64,000 nt of DNA from contig CM060731.1 of the NCBI GenBank assembly GCA_030704615.1, positions 40,052,001 through 40,116,000 of the forward strand, in the 5' to 3' direction. Shown one piece after another: positions 22,659 to 35,261 of this stretch. The position numbers and the translations under genes are program-made. A model generated the notes under the pieces. It had not been told where the DNA came from. It searched no databases and saw nothing but the letters and a program-made list of their open reading frames with translations. The stretch's first letter is position 1. Every line of letters starts with the position of its first letter. This DNA comes from Takakia lepidozioides. Taxonomy: Eukaryota; Plantae; Bryophyta.

Positions 22659-25655
22659 CTAATTCTGTCTGGCACGACGACGATGGTATGATCTCACGTC
22701 TAGTACAAAATCTTCGTCCCCACTTACTTTACCCCCGTTCCCTTGATCAGTGCTAGAATCATGATCTCCATCTGTTCTTTCGTTTCTAGAGGCAACTGGC
22801 CGTTGGACCTGTCGTCGTCCTCGGAGTACGTTCAGTTGTCTCTCTGGTCGATTTTCACTCCTATCATGAATACCATCTAGGGTATCAGGCCTGTTCACAG
22901 GTCGGTCACCAACAAAAGGTTGCACAATTCTTTGCCGTTTCTGGGCTTGTCCCGGATTTCGTGGTGGCCTTGGAGCAGGTCTCGTATGAGGAAGGCTACT
23001 CGCATGTACATCAGAGGGGCCGACGTGAGAGGAAGGGGCATGAGATGGACCAGCGAGGGTCGAGGGAGCACGGTTCACGTGCGGACGTCGTCGGGCCAGA
23101 TGAAACGACAATGGCCGGTCGTCGTCATCCGATGGTTCGACTTGCAGAAGTCCCGCAACAGAAGAACCATCTCCCAGGATCGGAGTAGCGATGGAAGGAA
23201 TTACATGAGGGGGAGGGAGACTAGATGGACCAGCATGGGATGGACCGGCTTGAGAAAGAGAAACATGAGATGAAGCGGGGTGAGATGAAGCACGGTTCAC
23301 AGGGGCACGATGTCGGTGAAGGAATGACAACGGCCCGGTTGTCATCATCCGATGATTCGACCTGCACATCTCCCGCAGTCCGTGGAACTCGTGGTGGGGT
23401 AGAGTTGACCTCGACTTCATTGTTGAGAGTGTGCTCTACTGGGGGAAGGGGGTCCGCAATTGGGATGACACCATGTCGTAGTTCATCAACAACAAGGTCA
23501 TCGAAGGATGGATGCATTGCAGCATCATCGTCATTAAATTCATATGGGTCATGTGGAGGATTGCCCACATCATCGGACCCATCCCAACCGTCGGAGTCGG
23601 AGTCCCTCGCGGCGTCAGTGTCATCATTGCTGCTAGATTGGACCTCTGAGGCAGATTCTTCAGACAACAGATTCTTCTCGTACCATGCAGATGCATCACT
23701 TGCTCTCCTCTCTCGCAGTAGCCTACAATTCGTGTAGACATAAACCAATTTGTCAGCCCTGGCAGGATTCAACCTGTTTGCGAATCTTGTTGTGAACAAA
23801 CGAGTAACTGCTCCAGTTCCGCTCACATGACGAGGCAGAGCACACTTGAACAAGAATACGCTTTGCAATGGGAGCTAACGTTCTTGCTCCAGCTCCAATC
23901 AGATCCCACCATTCATGTGGCAACATGTTCATTGCTTTTGGATCCGACATGTCATGGAAAAGATTCTGCCGATCCGAGAAGCACTGGTACTCGGACAACG
24001 CTCGTTCTGCCATGTTCAAGGGCGTAAGTTGCATGATGACCCGTACAAGCCCGACTTTGGCATCCACATCGTTTCTCAAATCCATATTGTCCAGCAAGAA
24101 TGGATTCAATAAGGCCCCTGCATAATGCAAGTCCGTGCGAACCATCCGTTTGCGGTCGTAAAATGCATCCTCGGTCCTTGCCGCTAAATCATCATCCATA
24201 GAAAATGGAGGACGCCTCAATGATTGCATGTGCTTCTCAAGGTTTTCCAATATCAACCATGCTTTACCCATTATTGGTTGTTTTCCATCAAACTCCCACA
24301 AAGCAATCAACACCGGCTCCACCATATACACAAAATTTGCACATTTCGCCCAAAATCGTCAGAGCGAATGATTGCGTGGACCCTCCGACTTTTGCTCAAA
24401 GACTTGGACTTACGAGAGTCGCGTAAGGTGCCCACATATGCATCCCATTGAGGGTCAATGATCACCTGCTCCAGACCCGCCCTCACAGTCACCAGTCGAT
24501 CCACCATCAAAAAGTTTGTGGCAAAGCGGGTTTCACCCTGGTTCTTAAGGCTGTATTTGGGTTCATGCTTTCTAAACAGTGCCAGAGGGATGTGATGATG
24601 TGTACAAATGAACGTCACAACCAACTTTGCCATTTTTACTAGTTGTTTCATCCATGATTCTTTTCCACAATCCTCCAAAAGGAGATCAAAGATATGAGCA
24701 GCACACCCTTAATAATATAGATAGGGATATCGTACCATCAAAATATCGGCCATATTAACCATGTTAGATGCATTGTCCGTACACACTTGGACAATTTTAT
24801 CAGCTCCAATTTTATCGATGTAACTCGTCAACAACCCTGCTTGATAACGTGCATATTTTCTCTCCCCGCTTGTGTCAACGGATCCCAAAAATTGTTCCCC
24901 CGCAGGACATACCAGCATGACATTGAACAGTGGTCGATTAATAACATAACTCCAACCGTCCGCACATATAGTGCTTCCATATTTTCGGAGAGAATCACCT
25001 GTCTTTTCATTCACCTTTTGGGTGAGGTCAGACATAGCCTCTTCTAGCAATCCTGTACGGAGATCGCGATAACTCGGAGGTGTGTATGTGGACTTGGAAT
25101 CGGACGTGGCTTTGACAACAGCCACAAACGCAGGAAGCCTCGAGACATTGAACGGAATATTGGCCTCGTAGAAAATTGGGCCCACTTCTTATCCAGAGTC
25201 TTCCTGTGCGACAAATTTAAGCCTTATTGCATTGATTGTTGCCTCAATGGTCTGGTCCGTACAAGTGCTGGCGTACAATCGGGTGTTGCTCCTGACCCAC
25301 CGGCTTCTCAACGAACAACAGACGCCTCGCAAGAATCTCCCTGGGTACAACTCGGAGGGACGGTTTGCTTCGAACCTGGAGTGTTTGGCTCAGAAGCCGC
25401 GGCCACATCAAGAGACGGTGAGATATTGCCTCCACATTGGGCAAAGTGGGCTTTCACTCGCATGGAGGCTTTTGGGCACAAACTAACCCCTGCATTCTTC
25501 CCATCTCTGTAGCCGAGGTGATATAACATGCGATCTTTGCAACCCGCCAGCTTCAATGCACAAAGATTGCATTGAACACCGTCCTTTTTGTGCGGGTCTA
25601 TGGTGAACCAATGGATCCACTCCTCCCTCATCGTCACACCTAAAACCCTAACCAC
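22659..25655 (-). pseudogene. hAT transposase (BED zinc finger, DUF659, hATC dimerisation domain), frameshifted
   Basis: BED finger W..F...VQCNLC...RMLYHL; FYEANIPFN..STICADGWS..VQVCTDNASNM; ETRFATNFLM; WWDLIG...SASSCERNWS; then a long acidic/Pro-Ser-rich tail. It is split over several ORFs by stops and frameshifts. Confidence 0.95.
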
Positions 25656-25815
25656 AGAGTTAAGGTTGAATGAATAACACTAGTGTACTTGGTGGATTTG
25701 TCAAGAGCAATAGAAGTTAGAACAGAATGCGATGGCCCAACACTACGGCATCAATCTAAATGGATCAATGCACCAAAAGTGTTTGCCACAAAAGAAGTGA
25801 GGGGCATTGGGACCA

Positions 25816-25825
25816 CCTTATATAC
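25816..25825 (-). promoter_or_regulatory. Putative TATA box for the transposase
   Basis: Reverse-complement GTATATAAGG just inside the right array, mirroring the left-end TATATAAGG. Confidence 0.5.
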
Positions 25826-25869
25826 CCTCCAGCCTCCAAGCCTCACATGCTCGACGAATCAGATCCAAT

Positions 25870-26600
25870 GCTGCGACCGCTCCAGGTCGCACGAGGAAGT
25901 CGCATGTTATTTAAAAAAAAAAACTGCTGCGACCACCCTCATGCTGGTGGTCGTACCTATTAAAAAAAAAAAAATGCTGCGACCACCCCCATGCTCGTGG
26001 TCACAGAGATTATTTAAAATAAATAAAAATAAATAAAAATTTGCTGCGACCACCCCCCTGCTGGTGATCGCACATATTAAAAAAACAGGAAATTTCTGCG
26101 ACCACCCCCCTGTTGGTGGTCGCACCTATTAAACAAATAGAAAATTTCTGCGACCACCCCAATGCTGGTGGTCGTACCTATTAAAAAAAAGAAAAATGCT
26201 GCGACCACCCCATGCTCGTTGTCACAAAGAATATTTTAAAAAATAAAAAAATAAAAAATTCTGCGACCACCCCCTGCTAGTGGTCGCATTTATTAAAAAA
26301 ACAGAAAAATGATGCGATCACCCCTATGCTGGTGGTCGCAGATATTAAAAAAATAGAAAAATATTACGACCATCCTCTTGATGGTGGTCGCACCTATTAC
26401 AAATAAAATAAAAATTGTGCGACCACCAGTAGCGGTGGTCGCAACTGTTTAAGAAAAGAAAAAAAATGCGACCACCCCTGCTGGTGGTCGCATCTATTTT
26501 TTAAAAACAAAAAATGCTACGACAACCCCTCTGCTGGTGGTCGCAACTATTAAAAAATAAGATAAATTCTGCGACCGCCACCATTTGGAGGTCGTACCAA
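25870..26600. repeat. Right subterminal array of the 27-bp palindrome (A-rich spacers, inverted relative to the left array)
   Basis: About 13 units, with a period mostly near 51 bp. Confidence 0.95.
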
Positions 26601-27149
26601 TTTAACAATAATGATTTAAACATGACCTCAACTATTGGCGGATGGAGTAATTTATAAAACAATTCATTCAGTTGCCAAGGTGTCGCTTGGAATACAACGT
26701 GTCCACCTACGTGACATATTTTTCACGTAACTCATGTTTTATTGATTTTTCGGCAAAACTGACGTGACGTTGGTCGCGTCAGCGTTAGGTCCGACGTGAC
26801 ATGACGTGACATGACGTCACTAACACGTGCAACCCTGCACGGTGTTGCTCCTGCAAGGACACCCCAACCCAAACCCGGACTGACTCTTGCCTCCACCTAT
26901 GGAAAGGTCTTGGCCTAATGAGAGGGTGGAAAACTACGAGGAAGAGAAGCTAAAGCAATGCCTAACCCCAGCATGCCCTCATCCCAACACTCTTCCTCTC
27001 CTCTCTTCCCTCACTTGCATGACCATGGGAATATCATGAAGATACTCCTCAAACCGCCTTCCACGAGCGTCAAAATTCGGCCTTCAAGACCGCATGCCAG
27101 TCCTTAAGCAGTCCACCGGTGCTTCCATGAGTCAGCACAGGCCGTCCAC

Positions 27150-27830
27150 AGGTCAACACGGGCCACCACAGACCAGCACAGGCCCACACATATCACTGGT
27201 CATAGCCGTCACAGCCCCGCACAGGCCACAGCCTGTCACAGCCCTACACATGTCACAGGGTTACAGCCCCACAGGCCATAGCCCGTCACAGCCCTTCACA
27301 GCCCCAAAGGCCACATATCAAAGTCTGTCACAGCCCTACACATGTCACAGGGTTACAGCCCCACAGGCCATAGCCCGTCACAGCCCTTCACAGCCCCAAA
27401 GGCCATATATCAAAGTCTGTCACAGCCCCCAAGGCCACATATCACAGCCTGTCACAGCCCATCACAACCCAAAGGCCACAGACACAGCCTGTCACAGCCC
27501 CTCACAGCTCGTCACAGTCTGTCACATTCCTACACAGGTCACATGGGTCACAGCCCCAAAGCCACAGCCTGTCACAGCCCTACACAGGTCACAAGGGTCA
27601 CAGCCCCAACGGCCACAGCCCCTCACAGCCCCACAGACCACAAGGCACAGCCTGTCACAGCCCGCCACAGCCCATCACAGCCTGTCACAACCCCACAGGC
27701 CACAGGGCACAACCTGTCACAGCCCGTCACAACCCCACATGCCACCTATCATAGCCCATCACAGCCCTACACAGTCACAGGATCACGGCCCTACATGCCA
27801 CAGCCCGTCACAGCCCGTCATAGCCCCATC
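27150..27830. repeat. GTCACAGCCC/CACAG low-complexity minisatellite in the presumed retroelement 5' leader
   Basis: Dozens of (GT)CACAGCC units, including a ~93-bp tandem duplication at about 27235-27420. Confidence 0.85.
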
Positions 27831-28434
27831 CATGGCCACTCATGGCAGTTTAGCCATTTCTCCAAGGGGTTTAGCCACGCCAAGCTAGGGTTTGTGTCTC
27901 TTGGACTCTAGGCTTCTTTGCACCGAGCTATGGCGGCTGTGAAGAAATCAGCAAGGTATTCTTGCTCTTTCGGCTCCCACACATCACCAATAGTAGCCCT
28001 AAGCCATGAGGAAGATGGTTGCCACAAACCCAGTCTTCTTTCTCACTTAGACTCCCCAAACACGCCACTAAACTCAATGGCAAACAACCAAGCCTTGCTG
28101 GTTTCCAGCCCTTGTGAGCACTCATTCAAGCGTTTTCCTTGGCCATAACATTTGCTTTAGAGCCTATTCCAGCCCCTTACACCTGCCACTTCAAGACCCA
28201 CTAAAGCTTGAAAACAAAAGCCCAATGGACTGAAGGCATGCTCCACACATGCCCCACTCTCACCACAAGAGAATCAGCCCCTTTGCTTCCTTTCTTGCAC
28301 CCACCAACCTGAAAATACAAGCTTCAGCGGGCTGGAAGCATGCTCCACACATGCCCTACAGGGAAACCAGCCCCTTCCTTCATTTCTTGCACTCCCAAAC
28401 CTGAAAGTACAGGTGCATAGGGTGTAATTTGCCC

Positions 28435-28959
28435 CTTACTCTTTAGCTTGGTTACTTGCTCCGGCTAGAAAAAAACACAAACAACACTTAGCAGAGGCAT
28501 CCTTGTTTGAAAGAAAAATGAGCCAATTATCTACCAATTATCTACCAGCCACTATCAGCATACTAGAATTTCCCTCATAATAGACGACGTGAAATTAAAT
28601 AATCGTTATTAATTAACGATCAGATTCTATTTTTCTAAATAATATATCCCTACTAAAAGATTTCTCAACAAAGTGGTTGCATCTTCAGCTTCAAGTCGAG
28701 CTATGGGTCCTAGCCTGCTCATCATTTGGAAGGTTGTCAATTTACGCTAAGCAGATCGATATTGACGGAAGCTGCTAAATGACTGCTATTTGAACCCTAC
28801 ACCACTTTCAAATCAAGTAGACACTAAAGAACATATGAATTTCAAAATAACTCACTTCTACTTTCACAATAGTAGCTGTCTCTGCCCCAACTTGTGGTAT
28901 TCCTGCACCATGATATGGGGGTAGCGACATTACTATGTTGAGCATAAAATTAGACATGC
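28435..28959 (-). repeat. About 530-bp inverted duplication, copy 2 (partner 10668-11201)
   Basis: Reverse-complement match, flanked on both sides by TGCATAGGGT(TT)GTAATTTGC. Confidence 0.95.
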
Positions 28960-29502
28960 ATAGGGTGCATAGGGTTTGTAATTTGCTCAGCACTAGCGTC
29001 TGGTCTTTGCAAGTGGCTGTAAAGACTTTGTCCACCTCCACAGCAAACATGATCCCTCCACACTCTGTCCTTTGTAGGATGACGAGTACTTATGGTGCTT
29101 GAGGGAGTGGTGGATAGCTCGCTGGGTGTGTAGGGCATAGCCATCCAGTCTTTCTGCAAATGCACCACTATAGTTTTCCATCTATTGTCAGTCATGTTGT
29201 TTGCCCTCTATTGTTGACTTGCTGGAGGCCTACTGATTCCATTTTCATTGCAAATTGTGAGATAAGGATGGTTTTTTTATTCTGCTTGTTTCCTGTAAGT
29301 ACTGAGTGGGTTGTATGTGTTACAACCATGTCGTTTACAGAACCAGTGAAAACAGGGTAAGGAAGGGTGATGATGACATGACTGTTGTTACTGTGTCATC
29401 TCGCCTGGCAGGCCTTCCAGTGAAAGCGACTTCGCCAAGGCAGATCCCAACTAGCAGTTGTCACAGCCAGTAACGTTTACTACATCCAGCTGCTACGTAC
29501 TC

Positions 29503-29923
29503 CATGCATAAATTCATTCGACTTCTGGGAGCGCTGTCCAGTTGGGGCATGCTGGAGACTCCGAGGAGACACACCAAACGTGTGGAAACACTTTTGTACA
29601 ACAACACAAATGTGCTCATTTGGTCAGTATTCTCACATGGACCATAAACCCAATCTGACCTTCAAAGGTTTTGCTCATGGCCTTTTCAACTCACACTCTG
29701 CACAAATTTGCACTGTAACACTACTGAAGACCAAATGATGATGTGGTCAAATGGTCGACACTAATTTGTTGAGTCTCATGTGCTGGCCCAAAAACGAGCT
29801 TTCTTGCTCTCTGTTCAGTACTGACACTACAAATCTGGTGAATTCAAATCGAAGTCTAGTCAGACAGTGCAGGTATTCCAGCAGTAGAGTGTCTTGCACC
29901 CAACTGATGTCAATAGTGATGTA
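29503..29923 (+). repeat. About 420-bp dispersed repeat, inverted partner of 45760-46209
   Basis: ATAAATTCATTCGACTTCTGGGAGCGCTGTCCAGTTGGGGCATGCTGGAGACT...AATAGTGATGTA matches the reverse complement, with moderate divergence. Confidence 0.9.
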
Positions 29924-30383
29924 GCCAACTAAACTTTTGGGGACTCACAAATATGTGCAAAATTGGAACCACTTGTGGTCTCTGACATCAAAATTTTCTT
30001 CTTCTGTGGTTATTTTCCTGATCACAAGGGTGAAAGACTTTGGAGCAACAAAGATAGAATGAGATAAGAAAACAGCATATATCCAACACGAAAGCAGCCT
30101 GGTCACATGGTGGATGATATATGAAGCACCATGCCATGTGGGCGGAAAGAGAATATAAAATGTCAAAGAATCATACTGTTCATTGAGTACAGGTTTATAC
30201 AAAGCGCCACAAACGGCAGGTAAGGCGGCCTTATTTGATCTAAACAACTGATTTACACAAACGATGCCTGCTGCAAATATGGAGTTGGCCTCCCAAGTCT
30301 GGGACAAAGAGAGCACACACATTCTCTCAACTAGACCTTACTATACGCACATGATATCACTTGCAAGGCTTGCACACAGCCTT

Positions 30384-33300
30384 TCATGATATCAGTGAAC
30401 CTGCCTTGTTTTGGTTACCAAGTAGACCCACAATGGTCTCCTCAACCAGATCGTTGAAAATTGCTTGCTCCAATTGCAGACCGATCCGGTCAACGTCTTC
30501 ATGGAAAGCTGCCCATGAGCCATCCTTGCTCATATCCAGGGCAATCAAGCCCTCTAAGTAGTCATCAGGTGCGTCCTCCCACAGACACAAACCTTGCTCA
30601 CAGATGTCTCTCCATGTCTCCTCTACAAGTTTCTTGCCACTCGCAATTGCGAACAGCTTTGGGGCCCTGGAATTCACCAATGGGTTGTGGTCAAAATGTG
30701 GCCCTAGCTTCCTCAACAGAACCTCGTTGACTGCATTGAACAATAGGCGCCTGTTTGAGGTCTCTCTCTTACTCCGTCTTTCAACTCGGGATACAAGGAT
30801 CTTGCCAGATCCCCCACCCACGCATGACTGAAAGCGCTGGGCAGCATAGGAACTCTCGAGTTCGTCAAAAATTCTCGGGCCCAAGGGGCAAGAGGGAGAA
30901 TGCCACCGGGTGAGCACCGAGGAATTGTCGTCCACTAAACCTGAGGCCGCTAGCACATTGCGCACATAAAGTAAGTCATCTTCCTTACCCTTGGCGCAGG
31001 GGATTCCCCTGATTCCTATCCTCTCAAATGCTGATTGATTTAGATGGGCTTTTGATAAGAGTCTGTCAGCCAAAAGCTTGTGCTGATAGGTTGAGCCGGC
31101 ACAGCTCTCCTGCGTTGCAGCTGTACGTGGCAGAGAGTCTCTTGGTGGATCCCTTGCAGATACAGCATCCGCAAGCACCAGGTCACTCTCTGGAACATTC
31201 TCCAAATCTGTTCGTGGTCTCTCACTTCCATCCATTTTCAGAAGACGCAAACGTATCCGCAACTCTGCACGAGTTCCCAGTTGTTAGGACACTGAAAAAT
31301 ATATCTTGCACACCAAAGGTAGCCGCCAAATGTCCTTTGACATGGAGCAACCAAGCATGCCTCTACTGACCTTCAGTTCCAGCAGTGATGGACAATGTTT
31401 GGAGAAAGTAATGTGTACTCATACTGACAGTACACAAATTGGCATGGCAAAAACTAACCTTGGAGATCATTAGTGATTTCCTTGAACTCGAGAGGACTGG
31501 GACTTCCTTCTTCAAATGGGGATTCCAAAACAGAGATTGGACTCGGTTGTCCACCCTTGTCAATGCTGAAGTCACCCCCTTCATCTGAGTTATCCTGAGT
31601 GATGGTCCATTGTCTTGGAATTCTTCCTTTTTGCTCAACCTGCAGAAGAACGCATCAGTCAGCTCACCAGAAAGAATTTCTAATAACAAACTGATTGATG
31701 GTGAGCGTGAGCATCTTCTAATCAGCGGCAAGTGCTTAAGAGTGTTTCTGTAGGCACTGATGAAAGCAAGCAGCTAAGTTTCTCTCTACAGAATCTTCCA
31801 AGGCTCTGCAAGCATACTTTCAATGTAGTGTGACAGCAACCTTGGGCAGAATTTGAGAGTGCAACTCATGTCCATGTTAAAGAGTTGCAACACTAAAGGC
31901 ATTCTCACCTCAGACTGTAAAACAGAGACAGTGGCATTGTGCTGATCTCTGGTTGCCTCCCCGGCATCATCACGCAGGAGAGCCTGGGGTGTCAACTGAG
32001 AGAGAGCTTCCAGAAACTCCTCACATAATTGTGCGCTTGGGTTGGGACCATTCCTCACTTCATTACTGGCTCCCAAAGCTGGAAGACAGTCTTCCGGGTT
32101 GCTTATAACTACCAGAGCCAAATCTCCAACACTACCAGGCTTGTGGGGTAGGGTGCAGTTCTCTGCATGGGTCCCTCTGTCACCTACACAATTTACACCA
32201 CTTGATGCCGACGGCTGTGGAGCATCAGCTTCCTCTTGGGCAGCAGCACATGCCAAAACAGGAGAGGAACAAGGTAAGGATGTATGGGGAGTGCTGGCCT
32301 CCTTAAGTGAGGCTTCGGTTTTCTTCCTGGTCACAGAGAAAAACCCCCTTCCCCTTTCAATTGTCTGTCCCCGTGTTTTTGGAATACCAGCACCAGCAGC
32401 CTTGGGTGTCTTGGATTTGGCTTTGGCACCAGCTTTTGCCCCAGTAGCCTTGTGATATTGGCCAGGACCAGTGGTGGCCGTCTTGATTGATACCTCTGCA
32501 CTACCTCGCTCATGCGAAAAGGCCGCGTTGGGGACTGATCTACACCTTGACAGCATTGGCCGGTGAGGGCTCTCTTTATCCTCTTCCCTCTTCCTTGGAC
32601 TCCTTGAATGGTCAGGCCCCTTCTTCATCTTCACAGAAGGATTAGTCTCATTGGCACTGCTGGCATCAGGAGCATTGCTTGTGATCAATGGAGATTTGGA
32701 GGACTGTACAGCTGACGAGTGGGGGAGACCTCCAAACCCATTGGCCTCAGGAGCCACAACAACTTTATTGCCTACCCTACCCTCCACTCTGTTGGACATC
32801 AGTTCCACTGCGTGATCTGCATATGGTGCTCTAAGTTTCTCTGGAGTTTGTTTCTTACTGATCACTTTGGTAGCAGCTGCTTCTTGACCTTGAGTGAGAT
32901 GTGGGGAGCTTGGAAGGCTGGTGCATGACCTGCTGACTTGGTCCCGGGCAAGCCTTACAGAGGGTGTGGAGGTCCCTTCCCCATCACTGTTGCAGGTGGC
33001 ATCCAAGTCCCCCATCACCCTTTGGGCAGAGACACGCTTTCCTGTGGACCGACTTCTGGTCAAAGTAACAGGACCAAGTCTTGAGGCATCCTTTGCTTGC
33101 ACTGCTGCAGCTGCCTCTCGGGCATGTCTAGCAATTTCCCGGGCGATCTCTTTGGGGTCTTGACAAGAATTTCGTAAAGAATCCCTGCTGATTGCTTTGG
33201 AGGATCGTGTCTCATCCCTTGGGCGCTCGTACTCCTGCTGTCTAGCTCTCTCTTTGACCTCCCGAACCAGTTCTCCAGCACCTTCCCTGTTAGTCTCTCT

Positions 33301-35261
33301 ACTGTCCCTGGCATTTCTTGGGAGCTTTGAGGAAACCTTTGGAGCCATGGGGGGTTTTGCAGCATTGCTCTTAACAAAGCTTGGCTTCAACAATGAGACA
33401 TTGTTGGGACGTTCCCCTTCAGGGGTCCTATTCTTAGAACTTGTGCACCTACTTAGTTCAGGTTGAGAGCCCAAAGAGCAATTGTCACTTTGCATGGTCT
33501 TTTCGGGCTGCTTCTTTGGTTCATGCCGCCTGCGAGACTCCAGAAACTGGCGGGCAAAGGCACGGGGGCTGAACCCTTCCCTCTTGCGTTCGGAAGTCTC
33601 TGAGGAACTTTGCTCTGCTGTGGCCTTCTTTGTAGGCTTTGAAGGGGAGGGGGGCTTTGATCCCTCTCGTGATTTTGACTCTTGCGACTGTCGGCCAAAC
33701 AATGACTGAGGCTTCTGATGCACGAACCGAAAGAAATACTCTTTGTTGGACTGTAAAAACTCCACGGCATCCAACAGCTCCTTCGATTCCTGGAGTTTCT
33801 CACTGGCAGACTGATACTTAAGATCATGTGATCGTCCTGGCCACAAATGCTTGGCTTCATAAAGGGCAGCATGTACTTGCATCTCCTTTGCTCCCAGCTG
33901 GCGGCTCATGTCCCTCACCTGTACTGGATGTGGGTGGTCATGTTCTTGGGGCAGCCCAGCCAGCTGTGCAGCAAACTCCCTCTTGAACTCCTGCAACTGT
34001 TTTTCTTGTGGGTGGTCTCGGAATGGGAGAACCTCAAACTGGGGTTTTTTCTCTTCACAATCTGATTCATTGCGAGGAGCATTCCTTGACTGTGCCTGAG
34101 CCCACCCTGATGATGAGCGTATTGATCCTGCTGATGATTGCCTGACGAGGTATGGAGTACCAGCTTGCCTGATATCAGGGTGAGGAGGATATTCGCGACT
34201 TGCCTTTCTAGTGCCAGGTGGTACTGTGGGAAGCTCATCAGGTAAAGCATCCAATCCCATTAGGCGTGCCACTACACTGGGGGCTCGCCGCTTCGAGTCT
34301 GAGACTCCTGAAAGATCTTGTGTCATGATAGCTCGTGATGGTCCTTCACTGGCCCTTCTGATGCAGTGTGACCTGTAGATCTCATAGCCAAACTGCACCC
34401 ATAATCCACAGAAGTGTCAATGCTGTAGTTACTTAATAAAGATGTACATGGCTTGCTCAGGTTCATAACATGCCGTCTTTGTCAGCAATTTAGTGTGGTG
34501 TGCTCTAGTTTGTTGTTTGATCTTGTCCCAAAGCCTCTTTGGGTTTCCAGTGTACTCCTTCCATTCTTTCTTCAGATGCCCCCCTAGACAAATAAGTTTC
34601 TTTAAAGAATATACATCAACCCCACAAATCAGATCAGTTCATTTGCGAAACACTTTACATTGAAGCCAAGGATTGGGAGACAGAATCTACGTACTGGGAC
34701 ATCTTCAGGCTTGACAAAGCTGCATCTAGGTGTCTCGAAAGCTTCTTTAGGAATGTCCAAGCTGTTCCTGGGAGCCTCCAAACCTGTGCACACAGTTTGT
34801 TCACATAAATCAGGAATTTGGTTGCTCATGAGTCCACAAAGTAATCCAATAGGTATCGCAGTTTTACTCCGAACTCGAAAACGTTAACCATGTCCCCACA
34901 CTGATCAGCTAAAAAAACATGCACTGAGATGAATATACAGGCCCTTGCGAATGTCCTCAAGTGCACGAGTGTACAAGGAGAGATTAAAGTACCACTAGCT
35001 TTGCGTTGCGTGCGCAGGCAGCAGAAAAGCATGTAACAACTACTGTGTCGTGAGAGGAACTGACAGAAGAGAATGCTATAGTTTTCTAAGACCCTCCGCA
35101 GCCCACACAGATTTCAAATACTTGCTGACAGAAACAATGGGCTTTTCGCACAGCAATGAACGGACCAGACGATTACCTCCATCGATGTGCCTCCGATCGG
35201 GTGCTTGCTTCTTCCCTGATAGAACCTGATTGAAGTCAAAAACTTGAAATATACTTGCCAT
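30384..35261 (-). CDS. TON1-recruiting motif (TRM)/LONGIFOLIA-family protein (VARLMGL motif, DUF4378), about 1239 aa
   Basis: Five GT-AG exons with compatible phases: 35261-35177, 34783-34695, 34392-31909, 31639-31459 and 31264-30384 (3720 nt). Motifs include GLEAPRNSL, PSVVARLMGLD, QPSPISVLESPF, YVRNVL..SGL, RRLLFNAVNE and IGLQLEQAIFNDLVEE. Confidence 0.92.

Larger units (their letters stand above)
14167..26837 (-). mobile_element. Large hAT DNA transposon (12.7 kb) with kinase and RING cargo
   Basis: Exact 8-bp TSD CACGGTGT at 14159-14166 and 26838-26845. Imperfect terminal inverted repeats (TIRs) CCTAGTTGCA / TGCAACCCTG. GACGTGAC-rich subterminal tracts at both ends and an internal hAT transposase. 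Confidence 0.9.

Noticed and set aside
14405-26600. CRISPR-like appearance of the palindromic repeat-spacer arrays
   Set aside because: The spacers are similar low-complexity A/T tracts rather than unique sequences. There are no cas genes, the context is eukaryotic, and the arrays lie at hAT ends.
28423-28956. Solo LTR (TG...CA bounded segment)
   Set aside because: The other copy does not share the TGTAATTT end, the flanking duplication is not 4-6 bp, and no adjacent PBS or PPT was seen.
32042-34250. Antisense and alternative-frame ORFs overlapping TRM exon 3
   Set aside because: These are shadow ORFs of a long coding exon with no independent features.
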